Virus record (IMG/VR): IMGVR_UViG_3300042890_001542
Span: 1 to 39,268 of that record
Strand: one strand, 5' to 3'
DNA length: 39,268 nucleotides
From: a virus
Lineage: Duplodnaviria; Caudoviricetes
Shown here in pieces: positions 9,342 through 19,872 of the stretch. Position 1 is the first letter of the stretch. Each line of letters begins with the position of its first letter. The position numbers were made by a program, and so were the translations under genes. The notes beneath the pieces were generated by a model, which had not been told where the DNA came from, ran no database searches, and saw only the letters and a program-made list of their open reading frames with translations.

Positions 9342-10085
9342 ATGGCACGCAAATACACAGGCTACGACGGCGACGCAACTGGCAAACAAGCTGGTCTAGA
9401 AGAACTCGTACGTCAACTATGTAGCAAATTCCCCCTGTTTAACAACGGTACTTGGGTCGTTCGCAACATGAACAACGCCAACCTGTCAAAGCCGAAGCCG
9501 TCAGTCCATTCGACTGGCCGTGCAGCCGACCTCTCATGGCGCAAGTCAGGCAAGAAAGGTTCGGGCAACTACGCCGACGCTGTCGCCCTACTGGACTTCC
9601 TAGTGCTACACGCCGAAGCCCTACAGATTGAAGAACTACACGACTACTTCCCGCAACCGCACGGTCGAGGCTGGAAATGTGACCGTGAATCGTGGACGGT
9701 ATATGCCAAGCCGACCATTGGGTCTGCCCCCGGTGGCGATTGGATCCACCTTGAGATTTCTCCCCTTCACGCGAAGAACGCCCTGTACTACAAGGAATTC
9801 TTTGCGAACCTCGCGACGGCAGCGGGAGAAAGTCCTTCTCCGCTAACTCCCGCTGCTGGCGCACCTGCCCCTGCCCCTTTAGCATTTGCGTACCCTGGAA
9901 CACCATTGAAGATCGGTTCCAAAGGGGACGCTGTGAAACTCGTCCAGGCAGTCGTTGGCGGTGTGATTACCGATGGCGACTTTGGGAAGAAGACTGACCA
10001 CCGTGTCAAAGAATGGCAGTTGGCTCACAACATGGCAGCCGACGGTATCGTCGGGCCTGTCTCGTGGAAGGCCATGTTCGGCTGA
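9342..10085 (+). CDS. Endolysin: M15-like Zn peptidase plus C-terminal peptidoglycan-binding domain
   Basis: SVHSTGRAADL and WIHLE zinc-ligand motifs, Pro/Ala linker, LKIGSKGDAVKLVQ..DGDFG..WQ...ADGIVGP (PG_binding_1). Start could be GTG 9333. Confidence 0.85.
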   Translation: MARKYTGYDGDATGKQAGLEELVRQLCSKFPLFNNGTWVVRNMNNANLSKPKPSVHSTGRAADLSWRKSGKKGSGNYADAVALLDFLVLHAEALQIEELHDYFPQPHGRGWKCDRESWTVYAKPTIGSAPGGDWIHLEISPLHAKNALYYKEFFANLATAAGESPSPLTPAAGAPAPAPLAFAYPGTPLKIGSKGDAVKLVQAVVGGVITDGDFGKKTDHRVKEWQLAHNMAADGIVGPVSWKAMFG

Positions 10086-10339
10086 TGGAAGCGGTACTAG
10101 TCGCTGTCGTTACAGGTGTGTTCGCTGTACTAGCAATCCTTGTAGAGAAGGGTCGCAAAGAGAACAAGCGTGACCACGGGAACGTGATGGATCGACTAGA
10201 CCTCGTCTCATCAGAAATCCGCAAAGACATTCGCCAAGTGCGATACGAACTAACAGATCATGTCAATGGGCCAGCCCACAACACTAAGCCTGTTGTTCCT
10301 GCTAAAATCCCATTAAAGAAACGACCGAAGGCTGGATAG
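10085..10339 (+). CDS. Single-TM coiled-coil lysis-associated (holin-like) protein
   Basis: ATG overlaps the endolysin stop. N-terminal TM (AVLVAVVTGVFAVLAILV) then a coiled coil ending LTDH. Confidence 0.6.
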   Translation: MEAVLVAVVTGVFAVLAILVEKGRKENKRDHGNVMDRLDLVSSEIRKDIRQVRYELTDHVNGPAHNTKPVVPAKIPLKKRPKAG

Positions 10340-10364
10340 CCAGTAGGAACTCTAAGGAGCATCT

Positions 10365-11255
10365 ATGGCAAACGAAGCGACAGCCGAACTTTACACAAGG
10401 CAAAGCGGGCTTAAAAAAGCCAAACTTAAGACTGACTACGATCAATATTTGGCTGATCTTGCTAGGCAATACGGTCTTTCTACAAAACAGTTAGATACCA
10501 ACCTTGAATCCCGTGGCATTTTGCGTTCAGGGGAAGCAGGAGAGTCCCGTACTCAATTAAGTGCAGCCGAAGAAGCAGCACGATTAAGCGCACAAAGTGA
10601 TTACGATTACAACACGGCAACCGAAGACATTGACCTTTTGACTCGTCTTGCTGGTCTTCAAGCAGGTAGTGCTGGCTCAGGTAGTGCTGGCTCAGGTGGC
10701 TCAGGTGGCTCAGGTGGTGGCGGTGGCGGTGGCGGTAATACTGGCGGTAATACTGGCGGTGGCAACACGGGTGATGGAAGCACTACACGACCCGTCCGTC
10801 AACCAGGTTCACCTGGTAATCCAAACGCTGTCCGTCCAGGAACACCACCACGACCTGAGCGCGCACCAGGCTCACCAGGCAATCCAAACGCCACTCGACC
10901 AGGAGTGCCAGCACCAGCCGTTCGCCCTGTTCGTGACGCAACCCCTAGACCACCAGTACCAGCGAGAGTAGTGAATATGCCACGCCCTGGAACCACGCCT
11001 GCCCCCGCACCACGGCCGACTCCAGCACCTACGCCAGCACCTGCGCCAGCACCTGCGCCAGCACCTGTCCGAACAGGCACAGCAGACTCAATGGCCCGCA
11101 ACGCACCTGCCCCCGCACCAGCGTTACCTGACCTATCAGGCGTTGACTTTGCTGCACTCGGTCGGTACATAGACTCACAGAAAAAACCAGCACCGAAACC
11201 AGCACCAAAACCAGCAACCACACGAGTCAACCCCGTCTCAGTAAGGTTGCGCTAA
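10365..11255 (+). CDS. Putative internal virion/ejection protein with Gly-rich and Pro-rich regions
   Basis: AAGGAG RBS. First of four coupled genes ending in a 1982 aa protein. Confidence 0.6.
   Translation: MANEATAELYTRQSGLKKAKLKTDYDQYLADLARQYGLSTKQLDTNLESRGILRSGEAGESRTQLSAAEEAARLSAQSDYDYNTATEDIDLLTRLAGLQAGSAGSGSAGSGGSGGSGGGGGGGGNTGGNTGGGNTGDGSTTRPVRQPGSPGNPNAVRPGTPPRPERAPGSPGNPNATRPGVPAPAVRPVRDATPRPPVPARVVNMPRPGTTPAPAPRPTPAPTPAPAPAPAPAPVRTGTADSMARNAPAPAPALPDLSGVDFAALGRYIDSQKKPAPKPAPKPATTRVNPVSVRLR
10663..11070 (+). repeat. Coding low-complexity repeats: (GSA/GSG/GGN)n, two PGSPGNPNA.RPG copies, (PA)n
   Basis: CAGGTAGTGCTGGCT x2, GGCTCAGGT repeats, GGCGGTAATACT x2 and CCAGCACCTGCG repeats seen directly. 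Confidence 0.8.
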
Positions 11256-11782
11256 TGGCGTTTGACCTCTCCACCCCCGGCGCACAACTCGCATTCGGTG
11301 TAGCACAACGCGCCCAAGAAGTACAAGACTACAAAACCAAACTTGAAGAAGAAGCACGCGCCCGCGCCGAAGCTCGACTCGCACCATTCGGCAACGACTT
11401 AAGTCAGTTTGACTCAACTTTTAGAAGCCTTTACGACCCCGCAGCAGCCGCCCAACAAGCCCGTGCGAAAGCCATGCAAGAATATGTGATAGGTCTTCCC
11501 GAACTGCTTGCACGCGTACAAGCCGAAAAGAAGTCAGGCTCAGGTGGCGGTGGCGGCGGTGGCGACAGCAAGTTTGTGCCACAAACATATGTGGATCCCA
11601 AAGACGTTCTTAAACTATTTCTAAATGGCAAAGGTCAACCAATTGCCGTTACGCAAGACTACGGTAACGGTATGACTTACGGAAATGTCGGTGGATACGG
11701 TGCGGTATACAAGACAGGTTCAAAAGGCCCAGCAGTAAAACCTAAGTTCCAACGCACAATTAACGCAGACAGGTTTGAATGA
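11255..11782 (+). CDS. Putative ejection protein (175 aa)
   Basis: Coupled gene, helical Ala/Gln-rich with a poly-Gly linker. Confidence 0.55.
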   Translation: MAFDLSTPGAQLAFGVAQRAQEVQDYKTKLEEEARARAEARLAPFGNDLSQFDSTFRSLYDPAAAAQQARAKAMQEYVIGLPELLARVQAEKKSGSGGGGGGGDSKFVPQTYVDPKDVLKLFLNGKGQPIAVTQDYGNGMTYGNVGGYGAVYKTGSKGPAVKPKFQRTINADRFE

Positions 11783-12945
11783 TGGCTCTACCTAAGATCG
11801 GCCCTCGTGGCGTAACAATTGAAGACGTACAAGATGTAGCCACAAACGGTAGCAAAGTCGGCAAATCTCAATATGTGTACGCGCCCCCCAGCCAAACAAG
11901 CCAAGCGTACGACCCCAAATTGTTGGCGGCCTTGATGGCTGGCCAAGCACAACCTAGTTACGGCGAAAAATACGGTGGTTTCCCAACGCGAGATATGTTG
12001 AACGACGCAGCTTTGGGTTACGCGTTAAACATTCGCGACATAGGCGATTACGCAGCACTTGAAGGCGTACGACTAGAAGCACCAATCTTAAAGCAAAAAC
12101 AAGATGCTTACAAGTCCGCAGCAGGCTATGACGCGTTCGCATCAGAAATTGCCAAAGGCAGAGCAGCCCGTGACGAAAAACTTGGGGGTGCATTTAGACC
12201 CAAGCCAATGAACTTAACTAGCGAATTTGCAAATGCACAAAGAGTTAAAGCAGAACAAGATCGCCAGGCTTCAATTGCAAAATATAGGTCTGATGCAGAA
12301 AATCAATACAACACCAGTTACGACGCACAGGTTCTGCCGTACCAACAAATTGCAGAAACCATTTACGGTACGCCGATTTCACAACTCGCTCGACAAGCAC
12401 TCATGACTCAATACGGCGTTGATGCCAATGTGGCACGAGCAACTTTTGACGAACAAACAGACCTTGACTACGCCGAACTTCAACGCGACGCAGAACTTGC
12501 TGCACAAGGTATTGACTTCTCAATGAGCGAAGGCGAAATGATTTATAACTCTCAAGGGCCTGAAGCATACAATGTTTACCAAGAACAAAAAATTTATGAA
12601 GCGACGTACGGCACGCCAGCAGAACAAGCCAAAGCGCAACAAGATTTGATTGACTCACAAAACGCTCCAATTGACCAGGGTCTTTTTGAAACTTACGGCA
12701 TTCGACCCAAAGAAGTAACAGGAGCAGACGCTGACACAGTTCGTTCAGTATTTACGGATCCTGAATTCTTGTCAACTTGGATCCTGCCTTCAATTGAACT
12801 GCTTGATGCTAGCGGTGGAGTAGATTCAGGTGCTGACATCGCTGGTCAACAAGCACAGGCATATTTGTTAGCCAACCCAGGCGATTTGTTGCGAGCCAAA
12901 ACACTTAGTGCAATCATCGCAGAGTTTGATTTCTTGAGTCGCTGA
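11779..12945 (+). CDS. Putative ejection protein (388 aa)
   Basis: Coupled gene, helical Ala/Gln-rich. Confidence 0.55.
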   Translation: MMALPKIGPRGVTIEDVQDVATNGSKVGKSQYVYAPPSQTSQAYDPKLLAALMAGQAQPSYGEKYGGFPTRDMLNDAALGYALNIRDIGDYAALEGVRLEAPILKQKQDAYKSAAGYDAFASEIAKGRAARDEKLGGAFRPKPMNLTSEFANAQRVKAEQDRQASIAKYRSDAENQYNTSYDAQVLPYQQIAETIYGTPISQLARQALMTQYGVDANVARATFDEQTDLDYAELQRDAELAAQGIDFSMSEGEMIYNSQGPEAYNVYQEQKIYEATYGTPAEQAKAQQDLIDSQNAPIDQGLFETYGIRPKEVTGADADTVRSVFTDPEFLSTWILPSIELLDASGGVDSGADIAGQQAQAYLLANPGDLLRAKTLSAIIAEFDFLSR

Positions 12946-15900
12946 TGTCTGCTGAAGACCTCATCAATCGAGTTAAACAGCGCAGATTAAATCAGCCAAC
13001 TTCCGACGTTCCCCCAACCATACCACCATACCCAACATACCCACCTAGCCCAAACGCTCCAACAACACCCCCGCCGACCCCAACATTTACTTTCCCTAAA
13101 TATGTGCCGACAGGGAATGTCCCGCAAGCGTCCGATAGTGGCGGTGACCGTAGTTTCTTAAGCAATGTTTTATCCTTACCTGGTGGTGTGTGGAACTCAA
13201 TCTTTGATGTTGGAAACGCAGTCCCAGGACTTATAAAAGCTGGCTACCAAACAGGCGTTGGTTTAACAAAAGGGTTTTCCCCAAGAGAAATCCAAAAAAT
13301 AGCTACGCGAGTTAACGAAGCGCAAGACCAAGGTCTTAAAGGTTTTGACATTGCCAAATATGCGGCAGAACAAAAATTTCCACTAGCAACACAATTTGCA
13401 GGCGATGTACAAACCCTGGGTGGGAATGTTGGCGAAGTAGCCACCTTGGGAAGATTAGATTTTGGCGAACCAGGTGTTAACTATGCTCAAGCATTTAACC
13501 GTGGACAATTGTCGCAAGCAGCAATTCGTGACCTTGGTACAGTCATAACTGCTGGCCGTCTAAGTGGTTTAGGAAACGTCGGTATTACCGCTGGAGCAAA
13601 AGTTAGTGCAGCAGGTGCGCCCCGGTTGGGTTCTGCAATAACGAGTGCTTCACGGTTTGTTGACGAACCGATTGGTTCATCAGTTCGTGGTGCTGCTCGC
13701 GTTGCCAATTTAGGTTCAAGGATAATCCCCGGAACATCAGGCTTGACCGATGCGACAGGGCGCGTTTCAACAGCAGACCGACCCTTGCGACAAATTGTTA
13801 ATGAATCAATCGGCGCGAAGCGTGGATATTTTGAACAACGATTGAACAGGCTCATAGGTGAAGAATCAGCCTTAATCAAGCAACAAGAAAGCCTTGATCA
13901 AAATGATCCAATGCGGGAAACGCTTGACGAACAGATTACAAAAATCCGAGAAAGCCGTGAGAAAGCGTTAAGCGGTACTGGTCGACCCAAGTTAATGGCT
14001 CGCGCTATCAAGGCCGAGCAACGAGCAGCTGAAGCAACCCGTACTGGATGGGTAACCAAAATCAATCGTTGGGGCAATGCTGGGTCTGTTCCCGAAACTG
14101 TCCGTGACTTAGATCAGCGCGCTCAAGCATCACGCGTGCGCGTGCAAGAAGCAACGGCAGCAGGCGATACGCAAGCCGCGCAATTCTTTGAAGATCAAGC
14201 AACATTCTACGAAGACGCTGCCGCTCTAAAACGATCCGATGTCAACGGTCGACTCAACCCCAAGAACTGGGACGACGTTGAAAAGCAGACGGTATGGAGT
14301 AGTGCCGTTCTTATTATGACTAAGGTCAAAGAAGAAATTGTTCGCGCGTACGACAGCAAAATTAGAGAAGGCTTGACACATGAGCAAGCCATTGACTACA
14401 TCACTAAAAACATCGCACCACCTGAACTGCTGGACGATATAGCCCGCCAAGGTTACGCCTGGTCACCGCAAGCCATTGACCGCGTAGTGCGATTCTCAAA
14501 GGGTCAACTAGACGCATTTGACAGCATGAACATTGAAGGTGCTGCCCGTCTGATCGGTCAGTTCAGCGAATGGTTTACCAGTCAAGCCGAACAAGGTATC
14601 GGTCGAGTGACCGGGGCTATCCCGTTTACTTACAGGTACAACTTGCCTGACCCAATGAATATGTTGCGCCAACTTGAGGGTCGACAGAAACTTAAAACAG
14701 CAATCTTTGAAATCCTAGATGAAGCTATGGCGTATGTATTGCGTCGCGACCACATGGATATTGTCACCCAACAAAAGATAGACCTAGACAACCCACGCCC
14801 AGGATTGTTTGAGGAGTATGCAAGACAAAACTTTGGTAGCGAACAATACGCCATTGCATATAAAGCATTGACCGCAGCGTTTGATGTTCTTGTAGATGAC
14901 CCACGGTTCTCAACATTCATGCAGAACAGGATGATCTATCCCGCTGCGATGCGACCAGTCATGTCGGCAAGAGAACGATTTACTCAAGCAGCTCGCGCCG
15001 AAGATGTTGTCTTTATGGCCGACGAAATGGCACGGCTCGCTGTTCAAAACCAAGACCTAATCCCCGGTAGGACAATGAAGTCCATTGCTACGGCAATCAA
15101 TTTGGCTTTGGGTAAGCAAACAAAATACGACGTGCGAACTTGGGTTCGTATTCAAGCAACGCTCAACCGTTTGGTTACTGACGCACAAAAGGCTCAAGCC
15201 GAGTACGAGGGTGCGGGAGCAAAACTTAGTGGTGGCATTGACAGTACGATGGCTCGACTGCAAGAGATTGAACAGTTCGCTGTCGCTGCTAACGCAATGA
15301 TTGACCAGGTTATTGCTAACCCCGACATTGTTTTTCCTGACCTTGCCAATGGTTCACCACGACTTGTCGCAGCACGGGAAGCGGAGCAAGCAAACCTGTC
15401 TCGCATTGAAGCGATCCCCGACGAGATGGCTCAAATTGATGCCGAGATTAAAGCCGAGATTGACCGTCAAAGAGAAGCCAACGCCTACCTGCAACAGGAG
15501 TTGGACAACACGCAAGTCAGCCTTGACGAGGCTCGTACTCGCGCTACTGAAACTGCTGATGCCGAAGCCACGGTGCGCCAGCAGTTAGACCAGGAGCAGG
15601 CGTACCTTGATGCATACAACAAACTGACTGAAGAAGAACTTGCAGCGTTACGAAGCCCCGATGGCGAGGAACAACCATTCGACCTAAAAAAAGCAATGGA
15701 AATTCACGATACCTACGCAACTGGCAACAATTTTGTTAGCAAAGGTACAGCCCAAGGAGTCAAAAATCGCTTAGTCCGAGAAGCCACAGAACGACTTACC
15801 ATCGCCCAAGGTCTTGTAGATACTTTGATGCCGTCGCGGTTGCGTCGCTCGCGCACCATGACTATCGGTTTGGCAACCGACCCGAACGCAATGTCGTTCA

Positions 15901-18893
15901 TGCAAGAAGACTTCCGCGCGCCATTTGAAAGTGCCGTCTACCAGGCTATCGGTGATCCGAAACTAGCCAAGAAGGCGTACAACGATTTTGTTAACTCTCG
16001 TACCGTCATGGACGAAGGTGTCGCCGTTGACCAACTCAGCATGGAGACAGGTCGTGACTTCGCATCAGATAGCGACTTCATGGCAGAACTAGGTCGGGCC
16101 TGGGCTGAACAATGGCAAGCCGAAAAAGACTTAGGTCGCGCCAAACAAAAAGGCGTAGAAGCAATCCGCAAAGAACTTGCTGCCGACAATCAAGCAATGA
16201 TTGACCGGGCTATGGAAGCATCCACAGTCACAGGACAGACGTTGCCGTGGATTGAGCGCATGATCGAATTAGATGATCGAGCTACGCTTGCAGAAGCCAC
16301 TCGTACCGTTGAAGGGTTGCGCCGTAATCTATCCAAAGCCGAACAAGTAGCACAAAAAGCACAAGCTGATCTCAATAAACTGGCAGCAAAAGTAGCCAAA
16401 CTTACCGACCAAGCCCGACCCAAGATTCCAAACGAACTACTGACACGCCGAAGCAAGTTAGAAAAAGAATCTGCGACTACAAAGAAAGCAACTGGTCGTC
16501 TAGCCAGGGTTGTTGAGAGCGCACAAAAAGCCGAACCCAATGAGATAGCCAAACTTGTTAGGCAAGCTCGCGCCGCCAGGTTAGAGAAGGTAGGCAAAAT
16601 TGAAGCTGCTACAGCAAGAATTGACACGCTTGACAATCAAGGAAACCCAGTCAGGTTGGTCGGGGTCAACCCACGAGCTGGTCAGGCAAGAATGCTTCCC
16701 GGTCTTGCGGGCAAACTAGAAGCCGAACAACAAACGCTCCTAGTCAAGCAAGCCGAACTAGATACAAAACTTGCCGACGTTCGACGCAGAGCAGCCGAGC
16801 AAGACGCGTTAGAACAACAAACACAGACGATCCAAAGCGAAGCGCAAGCGTTGCCAACTATTCAAGGCCAGTTAATGGGGCCACAGTTGCTTGCCCAAAG
16901 CGGAGCAGCACGACTCAATGCTGAAGGCGATACCCCAGCGTGGTATCCAGCAGGCGAAACATCATCTAGCAAACGACAAGCACGCGTTGCCACACAACTA
17001 CGAAGCGAAGCAGCTGGTGCTGAACGGCAAACATCAACTGAAGGTGTCAAGACAACCAATGTTATTCCAATGACATCAAACAAATTTGCCAACCGTGTTG
17101 ATGAAATCTTGGGTCAATGGGAACGCAACGTCGTTATCCAAAACTTTATTAAGAACCGAGAGTTTGTCACCGATGTAAGAACACATTTTTCTGATGAACA
17201 ATTAGCTCGATTTGATGCTGACGCTCGACGCGAAGTCAGCCTGGAACGAACTAACTTAAACAGTTACGAGTTTGAGCAACAAGTCAAGAAAAAAGTTGGC
17301 GACAGAATTCTTGTTGAATTAGACAACATGGGATTAGAGCCAATATCAAAAGCAAAGATTCCTGAGCCTGAAGATATTTATACTGGGCGTGCTTCGTTGG
17401 ATCAATTCAAAGACATCATTGAAGGTAAAGACATTGATTTATCGACTCTCGTTATGCGTAAAGGTATGCGCGACAGAATCGCATCAAGTTTTGTGCCAGT
17501 AGGAGATAGTGCAGTTCCTGGCTTTGTTAAACGGTTAGCAAACTTTATTGGTAAAAATACTTCACGTTGGAAGTCTGTCATCTTGCCGATCTCAGTTCGC
17601 TGGCAAGTAGGCGACTACATGGGCAACATCATTAATGCTTGGGTTCGCGGAGACATTGACCCCAAGACAATGATGGAAATGATGAAGTTGGTTGACCAAC
17701 TGATCCGCGAAGACAGCAATGTTGGCAGATTGCAGTCCCGCACCGGGGGCATGACAAACCGCACCTTCAACAACCCCGTACTACAAGCACTCATTGGTGA
17801 AGGTATCCAGGGTCGCTCACTACGCCTTGAAGACATTCGTGACATCTTAAAAGGAGACAGGCTGGCGTTACCTGCTGGTGATGTCAACGCCAAGTTCGGT
17901 CGAGACTTCCGTACGAAAGCGTTCAACTTTAACGAGTACATGAACACGCAACAGAAACTTGCCGTAGCAATGGTCAAGTTGCAAGAAGCTTTAGATAAAC
18001 AAGGTCGCACAATGGCAGACATTGACCCTGTCACATTGCACAACGACCCACAACTACGCGCTGCGGTAATAGAATCAGTTCAATTTGCTAACGAAACTCT
18101 TGGATCGTTCAGCGACTTGAGTCCTTTTGAACGCAACGTCGTACGCCAGGTGTTCCCATTTTGGTCGTGGATTAAGTTCATCAACACCGCAGCAGGCAAG
18201 TTATTACTAGACAACCCTGATCGGGTCTTGTTCTACGCTCACCTTGGCTCAATGACAATGGATCCCGATTCACAAGACCTTTACAAATGGCTACAAGGAC
18301 AGACACCCATCGGTGGTTTGCTATTTGACCTTTCATTCTTAAACCCGTACACCGATGCGACGCTGTTTCAAAAGAACCCATTTGAAGCAGGAGCAGAACA
18401 AGCAACCTCAATTTCTCCCGTACTCAGTTTCGGTTTAAGCGCACTCGGTGAAATTGCATACGGTATGTCAGGGGGCAAATACCCGATTTTGATTGCTGGC
18501 TCTCGCCCCAGTTACCTTGAAGGCAACCGCACCGCATCAACCGCATCCGTTGGCGACATTGTTGGTGGCATTGCTTATAAAGGATTAAAAGCTTTCGGTG
18601 GGCCAGCCCGAAACCTATTAGAAATTGGGCCTGCTGACACAAAGATCCCGTTTACCGATGTAGCCGTAGGGCCTGGCAAACGCTACAGCCAAGGATCACT
18701 CCGTACCGAAGGACGCTACGCAGAACTTGGACTGCCACAAAACACGGCTCGACTGTCATCAATCCTACGCACATTGGGTTTGCCAGGGCCTAGTATCACA
18801 ATGGAAGAAGCCAAGCGACAGGCAGAAGAACAACGCATAGCTGACGAGAAAGCTCGCCTACGCAAAATACAGGAGAGAATTAACGCTGGATGA
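12945..18893 (+). CDS. Large internal virion / DNA ejection protein (1982 aa)
   Basis: Very long helical protein with a central coiled coil and a C-terminal FERNVVRQVFPFWSW motif seen in podophage ejection proteins. No catalytic motif recognised. Confidence 0.65.
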   Translation: MSAEDLINRVKQRRLNQPTSDVPPTIPPYPTYPPSPNAPTTPPPTPTFTFPKYVPTGNVPQASDSGGDRSFLSNVLSLPGGVWNSIFDVGNAVPGLIKAGYQTGVGLTKGFSPREIQKIATRVNEAQDQGLKGFDIAKYAAEQKFPLATQFAGDVQTLGGNVGEVATLGRLDFGEPGVNYAQAFNRGQLSQAAIRDLGTVITAGRLSGLGNVGITAGAKVSAAGAPRLGSAITSASRFVDEPIGSSVRGAARVANLGSRIIPGTSGLTDATGRVSTADRPLRQIVNESIGAKRGYFEQRLNRLIGEESALIKQQESLDQNDPMRETLDEQITKIRESREKALSGTGRPKLMARAIKAEQRAAEATRTGWVTKINRWGNAGSVPETVRDLDQRAQASRVRVQEATAAGDTQAAQFFEDQATFYEDAAALKRSDVNGRLNPKNWDDVEKQTVWSSAVLIMTKVKEEIVRAYDSKIREGLTHEQAIDYITKNIAPPELLDDIARQGYAWSPQAIDRVVRFSKGQLDAFDSMNIEGAARLIGQFSEWFTSQAEQGIGRVTGAIPFTYRYNLPDPMNMLRQLEGRQKLKTAIFEILDEAMAYVLRRDHMDIVTQQKIDLDNPRPGLFEEYARQNFGSEQYAIAYKALTAAFDVLVDDPRFSTFMQNRMIYPAAMRPVMSARERFTQAARAEDVVFMADEMARLAVQNQDLIPGRTMKSIATAINLALGKQTKYDVRTWVRIQATLNRLVTDAQKAQAEYEGAGAKLSGGIDSTMARLQEIEQFAVAANAMIDQVIANPDIVFPDLANGSPRLVAAREAEQANLSRIEAIPDEMAQIDAEIKAEIDRQREANAYLQQELDNTQVSLDEARTRATETADAEATVRQQLDQEQAYLDAYNKLTEEELAALRSPDGEEQPFDLKKAMEIHDTYATGNNFVSKGTAQGVKNRLVREATERLTIAQGLVDTLMPSRLRRSRTMTIGLATDPNAMSFMQEDFRAPFESAVYQAIGDPKLAKKAYNDFVNSRTVMDEGVAVDQLSMETGRDFASDSDFMAELGRAWAEQWQAEKDLGRAKQKGVEAIRKELAADNQAMIDRAMEASTVTGQTLPWIERMIELDDRATLAEATRTVEGLRRNLSKAEQVAQKAQADLNKLAAKVAKLTDQARPKIPNELLTRRSKLEKESATTKKATGRLARVVESAQKAEPNEIAKLVRQARAARLEKVGKIEAATARIDTLDNQGNPVRLVGVNPRAGQARMLPGLAGKLEAEQQTLLVKQAELDTKLADVRRRAAEQDALEQQTQTIQSEAQALPTIQGQLMGPQLLAQSGAARLNAEGDTPAWYPAGETSSSKRQARVATQLRSEAAGAERQTSTEGVKTTNVIPMTSNKFANRVDEILGQWERNVVIQNFIKNREFVTDVRTHFSDEQLARFDADARREVSLERTNLNSYEFEQQVKKKVGDRILVELDNMGLEPISKAKIPEPEDIYTGRASLDQFKDIIEGKDIDLSTLVMRKGMRDRIASSFVPVGDSAVPGFVKRLANFIGKNTSRWKSVILPISVRWQVGDYMGNIINAWVRGDIDPKTMMEMMKLVDQLIREDSNVGRLQSRTGGMTNRTFNNPVLQALIGEGIQGRSLRLEDIRDILKGDRLALPAGDVNAKFGRDFRTKAFNFNEYMNTQQKLAVAMVKLQEALDKQGRTMADIDPVTLHNDPQLRAAVIESVQFANETLGSFSDLSPFERNVVRQVFPFWSWIKFINTAAGKLLLDNPDRVLFYAHLGSMTMDPDSQDLYKWLQGQTPIGGLLFDLSFLNPYTDATLFQKNPFEAGAEQATSISPVLSFGLSALGEIAYGMSGGKYPILIAGSRPSYLEGNRTASTASVGDIVGGIAYKGLKAFGGPARNLLEIGPADTKIPFTDVAVGPGKRYSQGSLRTEGRYAELGLPQNTARLSSILRTLGLPGPSITMEEAKRQAEEQRIADEKARLRKIQERINAG

Positions 18894-19264
18894 TCTACAA
18901 ACTGGAAGTCCACGGTCGACGACCCACCACCCTCAACCAGGAACGCAAGGTCAACAACTGGGGAGCCAGGGCTAGCGACACTAAATGGTGGCGAGCGCAG
19001 TACGCCGAACTGGCAGCCGACATCCCACCGATGAAGCGCATCCACATCTCGGTCACCCCATTGCACAAGAACGGCAGGTCACCACAGGACGTTGGAGCCT
19101 GCTTTCCCGCAGCCAAAGCCGGGATAGACGGACTGGTAGACGCTGGGGTTATTCCCGACGACACACCTGACATCGTTGTTAGGCTAGACTTTTACGCACC
19201 GCACGTCTGTGGAGAAGACGGACTCCGAATCGAAGTTAGGAACGCCGATGAACCCAATGTATAG
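18890..19264 (+). CDS. rusA: RusA-like Holliday junction resolvase
   Basis: P.TLN...W; QDVGACFPAAKAGIDGLVDAGVIPDD matches the RusA D..N..K...D.L...G...DD motif. Confidence 0.75.
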   Translation: MIYKLEVHGRRPTTLNQERKVNNWGARASDTKWWRAQYAELAADIPPMKRIHISVTPLHKNGRSPQDVGACFPAAKAGIDGLVDAGVIPDDTPDIVVRLDFYAPHVCGEDGLRIEVRNADEPNV

Positions 19265-19529
19265 CAACGCTCTTTCAGGCTTAGCCTCAGGTATGGCTGG
19301 CGGTGGCGCACCTATGGGTGGCGACATGGCTATGGGTGGCATGGGCGAATCCGAAATGGTTCCTTGCCCGCTGTGTCAAGGTACTGGCATGATCCCTGCC
19401 GACATGATGGGTGGAGAACCAATGCTCCCGCCTCGCCTCGCAGCCCGTGGTGGCGGTATGGACATGGGTGGAGCAATGCAAATGCCACCGTCGTCTAGCC
19501 CTTCTCCATTCCCGATGGGTGGTCAATAG
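19248..19529 (+). CDS. Met/Gly-rich hypothetical protein with CPLCQGTG motif
   Basis: ATG at 19248 preceded by AGGA. Low complexity. Confidence 0.55.
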   Translation: MNPMYSNALSGLASGMAGGGAPMGGDMAMGGMGESEMVPCPLCQGTGMIPADMMGGEPMLPPRLAARGGGMDMGGAMQMPPSSSPSPFPMGGQ

Positions 19530-19531
19530 TC

Positions 19532-19870
19532 ATGATGCCATCAAATGGAAAATTGGGATCATCTAGTCGCGGATCAGCAAATGATTCAGCAGATATGGCT
19601 GGAAAGTTTGCTGCCGAATACAAAAGGTCTGATCCAAAAAACAGGCCAGCAAACCCGCAAGCTGGAAACGCATTAAAAGATTTGGCTAAAAAACAAGCCC
19701 AAGCAGCCATGCAAAACCCGAGACGATCACCTGGCACTCCACAAACACGACGACCCGCAGGAACAGTCAATACCGACATGGGAATGACAACTCCAAAACG
19801 CCCCGCTGCTCCCGGCGGATCAACCCCAGGAACTCCGAAACGCCCTGGTGGCACATTCAGAATTAGCTAG
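19532..19870 (+). CDS. Basic low-complexity hypothetical protein
   Basis: Packed 2 nt after the previous stop. Confidence 0.55.
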   Translation: MMPSNGKLGSSSRGSANDSADMAGKFAAEYKRSDPKNRPANPQAGNALKDLAKKQAQAAMQNPRRSPGTPQTRRPAGTVNTDMGMTTPKRPAAPGGSTPGTPKRPGGTFRIS

Positions 19871-19872
19871 TC

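Noticed and set aside
10799-11230. Minus-strand Gly/Ala repeat ORF resembling silk or collagen
   Set aside because: Antisense read of the Pro/Ala repeats in the 10365-11255 gene.
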